Below are positions 26,890 to 40,227 of a DNA stretch of 64,000 nucleotides, piece after piece. The stretch is from the human T2T-CHM13v2.0 reference genome, Homo sapiens. Positions within the stretch are counted from its first letter, which is position 1. Every line of letters starts with the position of its first letter. The notes under the pieces were generated by a model. It made no database searches and had not been told where the DNA came from. It saw nothing but the letters and a program-made list of their open reading frames with translations. The stretch lies in the NCBI RefSeq assembly GCF_009914755.1, contig NC_060942.1; one strand, 5' to 3'. The translations under genes and the position numbers were made by a program.

Positions 26890-27449
26890 ATGAGCAAAAT
26901 GTTGCCTAATTTTTGAGACTAATAATTTGATATCAACACTCATTTCAAGATCTTCATGTCATTGAGTTTATCAATCCAAAGCTATTTTTTTTTCATAAAC
27001 TTCCCCTAACCTTAACTATTTCTAGAAATTATAAAATATGTCTTCAAATTGCTGGCTTTTTGTTATAAAAGGATATCAGTATCTTCTCCTGACTTTCTCT
27101 GTATAATACTAGGAGTTTGCCAATATGGCTTTCTCCCTTTTGTTGAAAATTTACTAATTCTGGTATTGTTTGATAAATGATTTTCCTCAGTGGTCTGTTG
27201 GGTAATTATCAGCTCACGATATTAAATAATTAAAAACTCTCAAATAAAATGGAATTGGTGAGTCCATAATGATCTAAATAAATTACAATGGAAAGTTTTT
27301 CTCTACAATACAGTTTCAACTAATAAACGGAGATGTAGTAATGGAGAGTAGGCCTAGGTAATACAATAAGAAGATAAAATAAAAGGTATACTTACCGAAA
27401 AAATGACATTTTTTTCTGAATGATAAGTTTTGAGGATTTTATTTTACTT

Positions 27450-27825
27450 TTTCTTTTACTTTTTATTCTTTTGACTTTTATTTGAGATACGGTTGAACAT
27501 ATGCAGGCTTGTTACATGGGTAAATGGCATGTCGTTGAAGTTTGGTATAAAAATGATCCCATCACCCAGGTAGTAAGCATAATATCCAATAGTTTTTCAA
27601 CCCTCTCCCCCTCTTATACTCCGCAGTGTCTATGTTCTCATCTTTCTGGCCATGCATGTACAATGTTTAGCTCCCACTTATAAGTTAGAATATGCCATAT
27701 TTTGATTTCTGTTCCTATGTTAAGTTAATTCACATAGAAGAATGGCCTCCAGCTGCATTCAGGTTGTTATAAAGGACAAAATGTGGTTCATTTTTATGTC
27801 TGAGTAGTATGATGTATATGTACCA
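27450..27825 (-). mobile_element. L1PA16-like 3' end
   Basis: ttgttacatgggtaaat.gcatgtc..tgaagtttggt...aatgatcccatcacccaggtagt...tttagctcccacttataag. Confidence 0.88.
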
Positions 27826-27860
27826 TACACCCATGGTACGGTACATACACTAAACCATGG

Positions 27861-29315
27861 AATATGTTTTTCCAAGTGGTTTACTCTCTCTCCTTCTCTT
27901 TTAGGAATGCCAAGTCATCAGTTTGATCTCTTAATATAATACCATATTTCTCAGAAGTTTTGTTAATTTTTCAAATTTTTTTTCTCTGTTTTGTCTTTCT
28001 GCATTGATTCAGAGGAGTGGTCTTCAAGCTCTGGTATTCTTTCCTCAGCTTGGTCTCATCTGCTGTTGATACTTCTGATTGAATTATGAAATTCTCGTAG
28101 TGAATTTTTCAGATCTAGAATTTCAATTTTGTTCTTTCTTAAAATGGCTACGTCATCTTTCAACTCTTGGATGGTTTTGCTGGTTTTCTTCTGTTGGAAA
28201 TCCTGTATCTCATTAGCTTCCTTGCCATTGGAATTCTAACTTCTACAGCTGTCATTTCAATCCTTTCAATCTGGTTAAGAATCATTGCTGGGAAGCTAGT
28301 ATGATCATTTGGACATAAAAAGAATCTCTGGCTTTTAGAGTTGCCAGAATTCTTGTGCTGGTTCCTTCTCATCTGTGAGGGCTGATGTTCCTTTATCCTT
28401 TGAAGTTGCTGTCCTTTAGAAGGAGCTTGTTATTTTTGATGTTCTTTTGTTTTCTTAAGGGTTTGAGTATGGTGTAAGTTGGGTTTAGTCGATTGACTTT
28501 GTTTCTTAATGCTTCAGAGGGACAAGTCTCAGCTTAGCACTCCTTGGCTGCATGCTCTAACCTTGGGTTGGTAGCTTTGCCCTCTGGCTCCTGGAGGTCA
28601 GGCACCAGCTGCACTGGGGGACCAAAGTGCTCCCAGGCTACTGGCAAAATTTCTGTGTTAAGGGACACCAGCAAAATTGCTCCAGCAGGGCAGCACAGGC
28701 TGCTGCTAAAGGCTCTATTGCAACGATCGCTGTCAAAATCACCCCAGAAGAGCAGTGAAAGCTGTGCGTGTGCTGGCTCCCAAGGGTGTGGCCAGGCAGG
28801 GACACTAGAATAGGCTGGTAGACAAGGGGATGTGCAAATCAGATCACCTTGGTCCCACTGGAAAGACAACCCTGCTCTAAGTCTGACAATTAACAAGGTT
28901 AGAATCTCCTGGAGGAGTATGAAGAGCCTTTGTGGGGCAGGTACCTTGTTCTTTTGCAGCTGTCCCTGTGTCAAACGTCCGTGGGTGCCACGCAGACTCA
29001 GGCTCCATCTCTTCTGACTGTTTGGGCAATTACCCCTGTCAACTCAAATGTTAATGGGGATGGTGGGATCTCCTGCAGCTAGGATCCCAGAAGTTCATGG
29101 CAAGAGTGTGCCACTCCACAGTTATTTCACTCACCCCTTCCTTAGGGGTTGTTCAGGGCAAGGAACAAGTCCCAGAGCTCAGCAGCTCAGTGCAGCATTC
29201 CCAGATTCCTTCCCCTTCATCCCTGGTGTCTGCATCATCTCTCCATCCACTCTCAGGACATTCTCTTAGATGATATGTTCAGAGTATGCTGGTCTACTCA
29301 ATATTCTGGTCTCTT
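27861..29315 (-). mobile_element. L1 5'UTR plus 5' part of ORF1 (L1PA16/L1PB-age)
   Basis: ORF 28160..28372(-) begins MRRNQHKNSGNSKSQ, like the old primate L1 ORF1 N-terminus; GC-richer 5'UTR at about 28380-29315. Confidence 0.85.
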
Positions 29316-29324
29316 GTCCCGTAT

Positions 29325-30770
29325 TCAAAATTATTTTTATTCACAAATGATGTGATTGTTGATGTAGAAAATCCCAAAGCAGCAATAAAAGAAAACTTCC
29401 AGAACTAATAAGCAGTTATAGAGAATGATAATATACAAGGTTAATATACAAGTCAAATGCTTTCTTATATTCCAGCAATAAACAATTTAAATTCAAAATA
29501 AAAACAATACCTCTACAATGTAATAAAAAAGGAGAAATACTTAGGTATACACACATCTGACAAAATATATATATGAAAAATTACAAAACTCTGGAAAAAT
29601 ATGAGATCTGAATAAATGAAGAGACATTTTGTCTTCATTGATTAAAAATCTCAAAATTATTAAAATGTAAGTTCTTCTCAATGTTTTCTATAAATTGAAT
29701 CCCAATCGAGATCCCAGCAAACAATTTTGTAGACATTGACAAACTTTCTAAAGTATAAGTGGGATCGCAAAACACCTAGAATAGCCAACAAAGTACTGAA
29801 GAACAAAGTTAAAGACAGATATTACCTGACTTTAAGACTCACGAAAAGCTACTGAAATAAAGATAGCATATTGCTAGTGAAAGAACAGGCACATAGATTA
29901 ATGGAATAGGATATAGAGCCCGGAAATAGCCCAAAACAAATATAGCCGACTTGTCTTAATAAAGGAACAAAGGCAGATCAATGAAGAAAGCAGTCTTTTC
30001 AACAAATGGTGCTGGAACAACTGAATATCCAGAGGCAAAACAATGAATCTAGACACAGACCTTATACCTTTATAAAAATTAATTTAAAATGTATCATAGA
30101 CCTAAGTATAAAACTCAAAACTGAAAAGATTTTAGAAGAAAGGAGAAAAGAACATCTAGGTAACTTTGTATTTGGCAATTCGATTTTACATCTAACATCA
30201 AAAGCACAAACCATTTTTAAAAATTTCAATAATTTGGACACTATTAAAATGATAAACTTCCACTCTATGAAAAACACATTAAGATAATCAAATAGCAAGA
30301 CAGAAACTGGGAGAACAAATTTGTAAAATAAATATAATAAAAGACTAAGATTCACAATTAAAAAATACTCTGAAAATTACACAGAAAAATGAACACTCAA
30401 TTTTTTAAAAAATAAGCAAGCAATCTGAAAAAACACATCACCACAGAATATATGCAGATAGAATATAAGCATATGAAAAGATTCTCAGTTGTATTTTCAT
30501 TAGAGAATTACAGACTAAAATAAAAATGAGATATCATTATGCACCTATTACAATGGCTAACTTTCAAAAATCCTGGCAATATCAACTGCTGGCAAAGATG
30601 CTCTAGCAACAGGAACTCTCATTCATTGCTGTTGAGTATGAAAAATTGTACAGCTCTTTTGGAAGAAATTTTGACATCTTACCACAAAGATAAACATAAT
30701 TTTACCACACTTTACAACAATTGAGCTTCTAGGTATTTACCCAAATGACTTGAAAATATATGTCCGCACA
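29325..30770 (+). mobile_element. L1M (L1MC/MD-type) ORF2 fragment
   Basis: ttcacaaatgatgtgattg..gtagaaaatcc (decayed FADD region), cctgactttaagact, ttttcaacaaatggtgctggaacaactg, aacaggaactctcattcattgctg. Confidence 0.85.
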
Positions 30771-31445
30771 TCAATTCAAAAAGATTACACAGAAACAGTG
30801 TTTTGAAAAAACATAAGTGAACGTCTTCTAACCTAAAGAATATTTTTTATTTTACATTTCCTATGATCTTTATATTGTTAGGTTTTGACTTAAAATGGGT
30901 GACAGGCAGATATGCCAGCAGGGCCCTTTGTATTTAGTTTAGATTTTTATTTGTTCACTTGTTGAAATATTCTGCATGCTGTTTTCAGAATCTAGAAGGC
31001 TATAGCCTTTTGAGCAGAAAGGGTGCATTAAGTCAGTTTGTACATTTTAAGTAGATGTTAGGAAACTGCCTAAAGAAAGAGAAGGAAGAGAGGCATGTAC
31101 CTCTTATTTCGTTTGCTGGCTTTCCCTTAGTAAGTGTCAGAATCATATTTTATTATAGCAAGTGCACAGACGATTTTCTAAATTGCTTTTAAGGCTTGAG
31201 TCAGAGATGGAGACCTTGTTTATGGAATAAAAATTTGGTTAAAAAGGTACTCAGGAAAAGGGACACAGAAAGGTATAAAAAATATTAAATTTGAAGGTCT
31301 ATTCCAGAAACAGAGGGAGAAAGAAAAAGAAAAAGTGGTTACCCTGGAGTCATAATAAGAAAGCATCTCAATAGGCCTGTTCCCAAACTTTGAGGACAAG
31401 GATTTCAGAGAGCATCTGATATTCTTGTTGCAAAGTAAGCATATG

Positions 31446-31757
31446 GGCTGGGCACGGTGGCTTATGCCTGTAATCTCATCGCTTTGGGAGGCCAAGGCAG
31501 GCAGATCACTTGAGGTCAGGAGTTTGAGAACAGCCTGGCCAACATGGTAAAACCCTTTCTCTACCAAAAATACAAAAATTAGTCAGTTGTGGTGGCACCG
31601 GCCTGTAATCCCAGCTACTTAGGAGGCTGAGGCAGGACAAGCGCTTGAACTTGGGAGTCAGTGGTTGCAGTGAGCCGAGATCACACCACTGCACTCCAGC
31701 CTGGGAGAGAGAGTCAGACTCTGACTCAAAATCCAAAACAAAATAAAGCAAAACACA
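31446..31757 (+). mobile_element. AluS (Sz/Sx-like)
   Basis: Full dimer; gatcacttgaggtcaggag; imperfect TSD aagtaagcatatg/aagaaagcatacg. Confidence 0.95.
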
Positions 31758-32820
31758 AAGAAAGCATACGAAAACTATTTATTTAGAAAATACAAATAAA
31801 TATACTTTTAACATATGAAATTAAAATATTTAAAAGACGTGGTGCCGACTGCTCATTAAAGGGGAACACCGAAGAGTCCATTTCTCAATTGTGAGTAAAT
31901 GTCCCAACCAAAGAACATTTGTGATCACCCTCTCAACACCCTCTCAACTCCCTCTCTTCCAACCTCGATGATAAAACCCAGGTATTTTGTACTGCAGAAA
32001 ACTCAGCAATAAAGTTAATTTATGTTCTTCTCTTGCCTTTGCAGTTTGTATTATATGGCTTAATTATCTAGAAATTCAGAATAATGAAATAAAAATTTTC
32101 AATAAAGTGCATAGATACATTATGTTTCAACTCCATTCTATAATACCTCATCAGAATTAATTTTATCTATTTTTTTTCAAACTTAGAATCCAGTTTTCTT
32201 CTGTATTGGAAATATGCACACAACCATTGTTTTAAAATGCATTCAATATAAGGGTATTTTTCTTGTATTTCCAGGAATAAAAGCAAGTTTCATATAACCT
32301 TCAACAAAACACTGTTTATGTAAGTGTAAAGCTTAGAATCCTATTCAAAGCAAAAAAAGTAAACTGAAAAATAATTATCAATACCTATTATAATGTTTTT
32401 ATTATAATTTGTTATTTTTATTATTGTCAGCCATGTAATTAATGTAGTTTTAAAGTGACGTTAATTCCAATTCTAATGCCATATTAATCAGAAGTTACTA
32501 AATTGCTGAAGCACAAAAAAAATCTATTTGGCTCCAGATTTCATTGAAGTATATATTTTTTCCTTGTATAATAATGTCATAATGGATAGAACATATTCTA
32601 ATCAAAGCTTTGTGCATTAACTTGTGTTCGTAAAATAAATCTCTGCTATATGAGTCATTAGTATGTTTCTTTTGAGGAAGAATGACTGATTTTAAAAAAA
32701 ATTTCTAAATAGATCATGAAAAAATTTAGTTACATAATCTATGACTAAGATTTTTAAGACTAACTATTGTCTTATTTCCATACTATTCGTGCTTTCCCTG
32801 TGTCTTGACATATAAATCTT

Positions 32821-33122
32821 TTTTTTTTTCTTAAGATGTAGACTTGCTCTGTCACCCAGACTGGAGTGCAATTGTGCCATCTCCGCTCACTGCAATCCCA
32901 CAACTTCTGCCACCCAGGTTCAAGCAATTCTTCTGCTTCAGCCTCCCAAGTAGCTGGGACTACAGGCGCCCACCACCACACACAGCTAATTTTTGTATTT
33001 TTAGTAGAGACGGGGTTTCACCATGTTGGCCAGGCTGGTCTCAAACTTCTGACCTTAAGTGATCTGCCGGCCTTGTCCTCACAATGTGTTGGGATTACAG
33101 GCATGAGCCACCGTGCCCGGCT
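32821..33122 (-). mobile_element. AluS (Sz/Sx-like)
   Basis: Full antisense dimer; 16-bp TSD ttgacatataaatctt at 32805-32820 and 33123-33138. Confidence 0.96.
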
Positions 33123-34089
33123 TTGACATATAAATCTTCTTCTACAGATTTGGAATAATAATGAAATGTGACTAGTCCTTTCTATGTATTAAAAATATTT
33201 AGTATGATAAATGGTAGTCATTTGTCAAGGGCTTAGTGGATATAACTAATTGCCTTAGGAACTCAAAAAAAATAGATACTATGAAGGAGAAAGAAGAGAG
33301 AATAAAGGGGAGGGAACTGGAAGGGAGTGGAGGCACGAGATGGGTAAATTAACCAACCCAAAGTTGCATAGATATTAAGCAGCCAGCTGAAAGGTATGTC
33401 GATTGGTGGTGGTTTGGCTATGATCCTGATATAGGGTGATCTAATCAGGAATGACTAGCCTGTACCATTATACTGTGGCATCATCTGTCATGCATTCTTC
33501 ATCGAATGTCATGTTCTTCACTGCGTAACTGGTTTCAGTAACCTAAATTAAACCCTACTCTATTACTTGGGACATTTGTTGATTTCACATCTAATTCTAC
33601 CCTACTTCTACTTTAAGCATGGTCATTTGCAAAAGTATTAGGCAAAGAAAAAAATAAAGCAATGGAATAAGAATGAGAAAAATAGAGCAATTAGCAAGGG
33701 AACAGTATATAGCACTAGATCTTTGCACTTTATGCTTTTCAATAATATTAAAAACAGGTAAATCATATAAATCCAATATAATTGGAATTTAATTCCTCCA
33801 GCTAACGTATATACTGTCTATGCATAGAATATATGTAGGAATACTTTTTTAGTATGAAATATGATAATAATTCTGCTCTATTTCTTTAATGTAATCCCAC
33901 TGATATTCATTTTGGTATTTTCAGTTCCAATGATTTATGTTCTTTATAAATCCATTTTAAGCAAAGCTTCTTTCTTTATTATCTCACATTAAATTAGTTT
34001 TACCAAACTTTCACAAACTTTTGAATAACATGCACTGCATTAAAAATAACATATATTAACCCTTACATGTAACAAATATCTGATATAGT

Positions 34090-34235
34090 TATTGTGCCTG
34101 GCAGAGTTGTATGCATTTACATACAAATTTATATTCAATTTTCCCAACCTGGGAGAGAGACTTTATTATTTTGCCCATTTTGCAAATAAGGAAACTGAGG
34201 CATAGAACAGCAAATAACATCTTAAGGTAACACAG
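34090..34235 (-). mobile_element. MIR fragment
   Basis: cccattttgcaaataaggaaactgaggcataga...aaggtaacacag. Confidence 0.7.
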
Positions 34236-35097
34236 AAAGAAGTATTTTAAGATTCCCTTGTTCACCAGGAATATTCACTCTTTGTAAGAAAAACGTTTCA
34301 TAATCATAATGCTAAATTTTATTACTGTATTAGGCATATAAATATTATGCATGAGAAAAGTTTTTTATCCCAAGTTAAAGCAGCATAAGCTTATTTATTA
34401 AAATAAATTATAGACATTTATACATGTTTACAAATAAAAGATGAATATGTGCATATATAATGCATATTACAATAAATTGAATACAAATTTTTATTCAAGT
34501 TAGAAATAAGAAAAAATTAGAAGCTGAAAACATTAATATGTACTTTCTTTCCTTTTATAAAAAAATCAATGAATATTAAAGTGAATAAATCAGAAAATAA
34601 AGGATATTACTTAGGTAGATTGTTAGGAGCCATATTTTTTCTTTGGCTGTTATTACCTTCAAATATTCCTTTTAAAAATTTAAATTCTAATATAATCTAT
34701 CAATAGATAATTTACTGAGTACATCCTGTAATGTGTAGTACGGAAAATAAAGGGAATGTAAATTTTACCCCTTTTCAGCCTGCAAGATTTAAGCTCATTT
34801 TGTGGATGGTGGAAGGAGGATAATAAGGGACTCATAGCCAAATACACGACAAAACCAGAGAGAGAGAACAAGGGCCGCAGGATTGGGAGAGATGTCAGGT
34901 GTTCCTGGAATGGGCTTCAGAGGGGAAGGCTTTGTTTTCGTTGTTGTTGTTGTTTTAACTGAGTGAGGAATGTGATAGGGAACTGCTGGGAGCACGAAAA
35001 CACAAATATTTGTGCCACTTTTGTTAAAAAGAATTTAGTTCAGTGGATGAGGAGATATAAAGTTAGTATCTAGAATAGTAACACAAATGAATTCCAA

Positions 35098-35136
<39 letters not shown>
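35098..35136 (+). repeat. (GAT)13 microsatellite
   Basis: 13 perfect GAT units counted. Confidence 0.97.
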
Positions 35137-35139
<3 letters not shown>

Positions 35140-35422
35140 GAGACAGGATCTCCCTCGGTTGCCCAGGCTGGTGCAGTGGTGCATTCATGGTTCACTGTAG
35201 CCTCAGCATCCTGGGCTCAAGCAATCTTCCCCCCTCAGCCTCCCAAGTTGCTGGGACTACATGCACATGCCACTACACCCAGCCAAATTTTATACTTTTT
35301 TTTGTTGATGTAGGGTCTCATTATGTTGCCCAAGCTGGTCTTGAACTCCCAGACTCAAGCAATCCTCCCATCTCAGCTTCCCAAAGTGCTGAGATTACAG
35401 GCATGAGACACTGCGCCTGGCC
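35137..35422 (-). mobile_element. AluJ
   Basis: tttgagacagg...tcctgggctcaagcaatc...gctgagattacaggcatgag...gcctggcc; TSD tccaagat. Confidence 0.93.
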
Positions 35423-35789
35423 TCCAAGATTAATTTTGAAGCATTAGGATAAATTTTTAAAATTCAGTGAATCAAGTCAGCAGAAAGTCAGTGGATCCAG
35501 GAAATATGTTTAAGATGAAATAATAAACAACGTCCAAAAAAGTATTGTTTCAACATTTAATATGTTTTGTACTCTACTGTGAGGAAAGATAAAGATTAGA
35601 AAAATACAAGAAATTTGCCATAAAATACGGAGACCAAAAATCGAAATCAAAAAGTCAACATAAAATAATCAATGACATCTATAAATAATACGAAGGGTTA
35701 GGTGAGATGACATATAAAATACAAACAACTTTTTTTTTTTTTGGCTTGGTGAGTTAACTGTGATCCTAGGAATACAACCAACCAGTTCT

Positions 35790-36244
35790 TTTTTTTTAAT
35801 TTTATTTTTTATTTTATTTTATTTTATTTTATTATTATTATACTTTAAGTTTTAGGGTACATGTGCACAATGTGCAGGTTAGTTACATATGTATACATGT
35901 GCCATGCTGGTGTGTTGCACCCATTAACTCGTCATTTAGCATTAGGTATATCTCCTAATGCTATCCCTCCCCCCGCCCCCCACCCCACAACAGTCCCCAG
36001 ATTGTGATGTTCCCCTTCCTGTGTCCATGTGTTCTCATTGTTCAGTTCCCACCTATGAGTGAGAACATGCGGTGTTTGGTTTTTTGTCCTTGCGATAGTT
36101 TACTGAGAATGATGATTTCCAATTTCATCCATGTCCCTACAAAGGACATGAACTCATCATTTTTTATGGCTACATAGTATTCCATGGTGTACATGTGCCA
36201 CATTTTCTTAATCCAGTCTATCACCGTTGGACATTTGGGTTGAT
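35790..36244 (-). mobile_element. 5'-truncated L1PA3-like insertion with 14-bp TSD
   Basis: Young 3'UTR (ttagttacatatg, ctcctaatgctatccctcccc, gtttactgagaatgatgatttccaatttc); TSD aaccaaccagttct at 35776-35789 and 36245-36258. Confidence 0.95.
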
Positions 36245-36531
36245 AACCAACCAGTTCTAAAACAACTCTGGTTACTCAGCAGCAACCACCCAGGTCTTAA
36301 GTGAGAACTCTGGTCATAATCACTTATTTCTCTCTATCCCTGAACTTCCATATCTGAACCACTGGCCAATCCTTCCTTTTTACTTCCCATGGACATATAT
36401 CTCACATGTGTATTCAGTACCCTGAGACTATTCTAGTCCAAGTTATCGTTTTATCTTACCATAACTATCTCACGGCTTCCTTACTGTTTTCTCACTTCTA
36501 ATCTTCTCCAGGTCTAATCTTTTGGAAGGGA

Positions 36532-36772
36532 CTTTCTCTCTTTCTCCTTCTTTCTTTCTTTTCTTTCTTTCTTTTTCTTTCTTTCTTTCCTTCCTTCTTT
36601 CTTTCTTTCTCCTTTCTTTCTTTTTCTCTCTTTCTTTCTTTCTTTCTTTCCCCTTCCCTCCTTCCTTCCTTTCTTTCTTTCCTTTCTTTCTTTCCTTCCC
36701 TTCCTTCCTTCCCTTCCTTCCTTCCTTCCTTCCTTCCTTCCTTCCTTCCTTCCTTCCTTCCTTCCTTCCTTC

Positions 36773-36811
<39 letters not shown>

Positions 36812-36892
36812 TCCTTCTTTCTTTCTTTCTTTCTTCTTTCCCCTTCCTTCCTTCTCTCTCTCTCTTTCTTTCCTTCTTTCTTTCTTTCTTTT
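36532..36892 (+). repeat. ~360-bp pure polypyrimidine compound repeat (TTTC)n/(CCTT)n
   Basis: No purine seen on the + strand across the interval. Confidence 0.97.
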
Positions 36893-37600
36893 GTATATTG
36901 CTTACATTGTTTTGCTTACAGGTGAACAGTGGTCAGTAATTAGTTTTATATTCCTTTTTAAAAAGAATGCAGAACGTTTTATAAAACCTTTATATAAGTT
37001 TCTGGAATCTGTAATCAAATAAGTTTGGTACACAAGTTAGCTGAAAAATATTTTTGCCTCGGACCTCTGTGTTAGCTATGTGTACAGGTTGCAAGGAATG
37101 GAGACCCAGATTGCCTGAATGAATGGATTTTTTAAATTTTATTTTATTTATAATTGACACATAATAATTGTGTGAAAAGACAATTTTCTCATGTTGTTCT
37201 CATGCTCCAAATGTTTCTGTGTTTTTATTGCATCCCACTCTCCATTGCTTTACACATCTTTAGCTACAAAACCAGTTTATTTCCATTTTAAGACAGTTTT
37301 TTACTCTTCAAAACCATCAGGCCTGCAGTTTTGCCTACTTAGATAGACCCTTCGTCTGCCTCCATCAATTGACTGGATTCTCCTTATCTGACTGGCTTCA
37401 GCTTAAATGAGACATTGGAGCATGAGATTTATGGAGATTCTTCCACTTTCTCCTATATTGCTTCCTCATCAGAACTGGGACAGAAGAGTCAAGTAAGGTG
37501 TTAAATTTTGTTTTGTCTTTGCTGATATAGAAAGAGTCCCACAGCACTTGGGAAGTGTTTGCTATTGTCATTATTGCTGATGTACCCCAACATCCTAGAA

Positions 37601-37874
37601 GACAAAGTAGGTACTCCATAAATATTTGTTGAGTAAATCAAAATAATAATATAGTTAGTAGTTTAAAATTTCCATTCAGCAAAACTTCTCTCTTCTTTTA
37701 CCTCGTACTCCACCCCTGCTAGGAAGTCTTTCAGACTTAGATACATGCAGTGGAGATGGGAGAGAAGAAGGTTGAATTCGTCTTTCATTTCTATTTTTAC
37801 CTCCTCAGATTCTCACTCGTTCAGAACTTCTCACAACTCCTGGTGTATCAGAATTCACCTACAATTTCAATTTT

Positions 37875-37879
<5 letters not shown>
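37601..37879 (+). repeat. Old dispersed direct repeat, copy A (copy B at 43183-43470)
   Basis: gacaaagtaggtactc, agttagtagtttaaaa, atgcagtggagat, cctcctcagattctcact, gtgtatcagaattcac, tttcaattttaa appear in the same order in both copies. Confidence 0.92.
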
Positions 37880-38628
<749 letters not shown>

Positions 38629-39459
38629 AGCTGAGGTTATTCTTCTTTATCCGGTATTTTACTCCAACAAGTTAGACTCCAGGCTTTTGTGTTTTCTTCC
38701 TGAAGATTTATGGAGAAAACCTCCCTTCCTGGACTTTATGAACTTTTCATGATGAATCATTCCAGCTATAGCACTTATCAGAATTAAACATTATTTATCT
38801 CATTACAATTAAACTGCATTATTTCTTTATAATGTTTTAAATTGTCCTCTCAATTATATAACATTAGTATTTTTGGAATATTGACATATTCTATATACAA
38901 TGTAAAGGTCTTTTCAAGTATTAACACATTCTCTCTTTCTAATAACATTCAGCATTAGAAACTATTATAATAGAGAACCCACAGATGAAAACAACGAGAA
39001 ACAAAATTAGTAGATTAAAACCCTAGGATTTAATCCCAGGCAGTCTGACCCTTAAGTTTAGGTGCATAATAACTACATTGTACTGCTTTTCTTCTTTAGT
39101 ATTTATATTGCAAGATTTATGAAGTTAGAGACCTGTTGTCACGTAACAGGTTAAGACCACAATCCTTGCATAATAAAGTTGAAAATCGTTGACTCTACTC
39201 TTGTATTTTCTTGATGAAACTAAACTGAAAAATGTAATTTCCCTCAGATTGTACTTACTCTCTAAATTGCTTAGACTTAAACTATCTTTCCAAAAACTAA
39301 GGGATCTTAATTAATCTGCCCACTCACCTCATATTACTAATTTTTGACTCGCTTTTTCTGATTGAGTACCTAAGTGCCAGTGGCAAACACACTATCTATT
39401 AACTTCTAGAAGGTTGAGATAATGTCAGTCTGAAATAAACCTTTCTTTTTCTTACCTGA

Positions 39460-39461
<2 letters not shown>

Positions 39462-39497
<36 letters not shown>
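39462..39497 (+). repeat. (TG)18 microsatellite
   Basis: Counted directly. Confidence 0.97.
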
Positions 39498-39498
<1 letters not shown>

Positions 39499-40227
39499 TC
39501 TTACTCTAGGACTCTTGACAGTCAATAAATAATTGTGTAATGAATGAAGCATTCCAATTCTTCTACTAAATGTGCCCATCACTGTGAGTGAGTTTCTTGA
39601 CAGCCTGGACCAAAGCATGGATTTTTATTATTATTTTTAACCCAGAGTGCCTCCTGAGAACACCGTAAGTACACAATATGTATTTTCAAGTGAATCCAAA
39701 CTTGAGTCAAACAGTATAATTAAATCTTGTATACCTATTGCAAAAATGTCAAAAAACAGGTATGAAAAAAATCTCAGCAGAAAAATATTTTTTACTGTCT
39801 TTGTGTAAAAAGAGAATGGCTTCTGTTATAATGATGTGTGTGTATTAAATATATGTAGCATTTTTATTAAAGAAGTCACCCACTGTATAAATTCTTAATA
39901 CAAAACAACTTTACTATTTCCTGACATACCCTGTTAAAATCATTTTTCAGTTTATTTCTGCTCTTGAAAAAAATCTTAGAATAAATCTCATTGATTTTCC
40001 AAGGATTCAAAGATGATAAAAGTCAGACTTTTACAGCTACCAACACATTTTGATTCATTTAGGTGTTACTTCATTGAGGTTTCTTTGCGAATATCAGCCT
40101 TCTTGGGCAGAGAAATATTTCCTGACCAGTCTGAATGCAATAGCAAGCTCATACCATCTTTATTCTCTTTCTCTGTTCCGTATTTCTTCTTAGTGTCTTC
40201 TCTTTTTTATTCCACTAAAATTCTCAG

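Noticed and set aside
28534-29355. Cluster of 60-146 aa ORFs in a GC-richer segment
   Set aside because: Lies in an L1 5'UTR; higher GC explains the open frames.
36522-37022. 166-aa Phe/Leu/Ser/Pro-rich ORF resembling a membrane protein
   Set aside because: Artefact of the purine-free repeat, which cannot contain stop codons.
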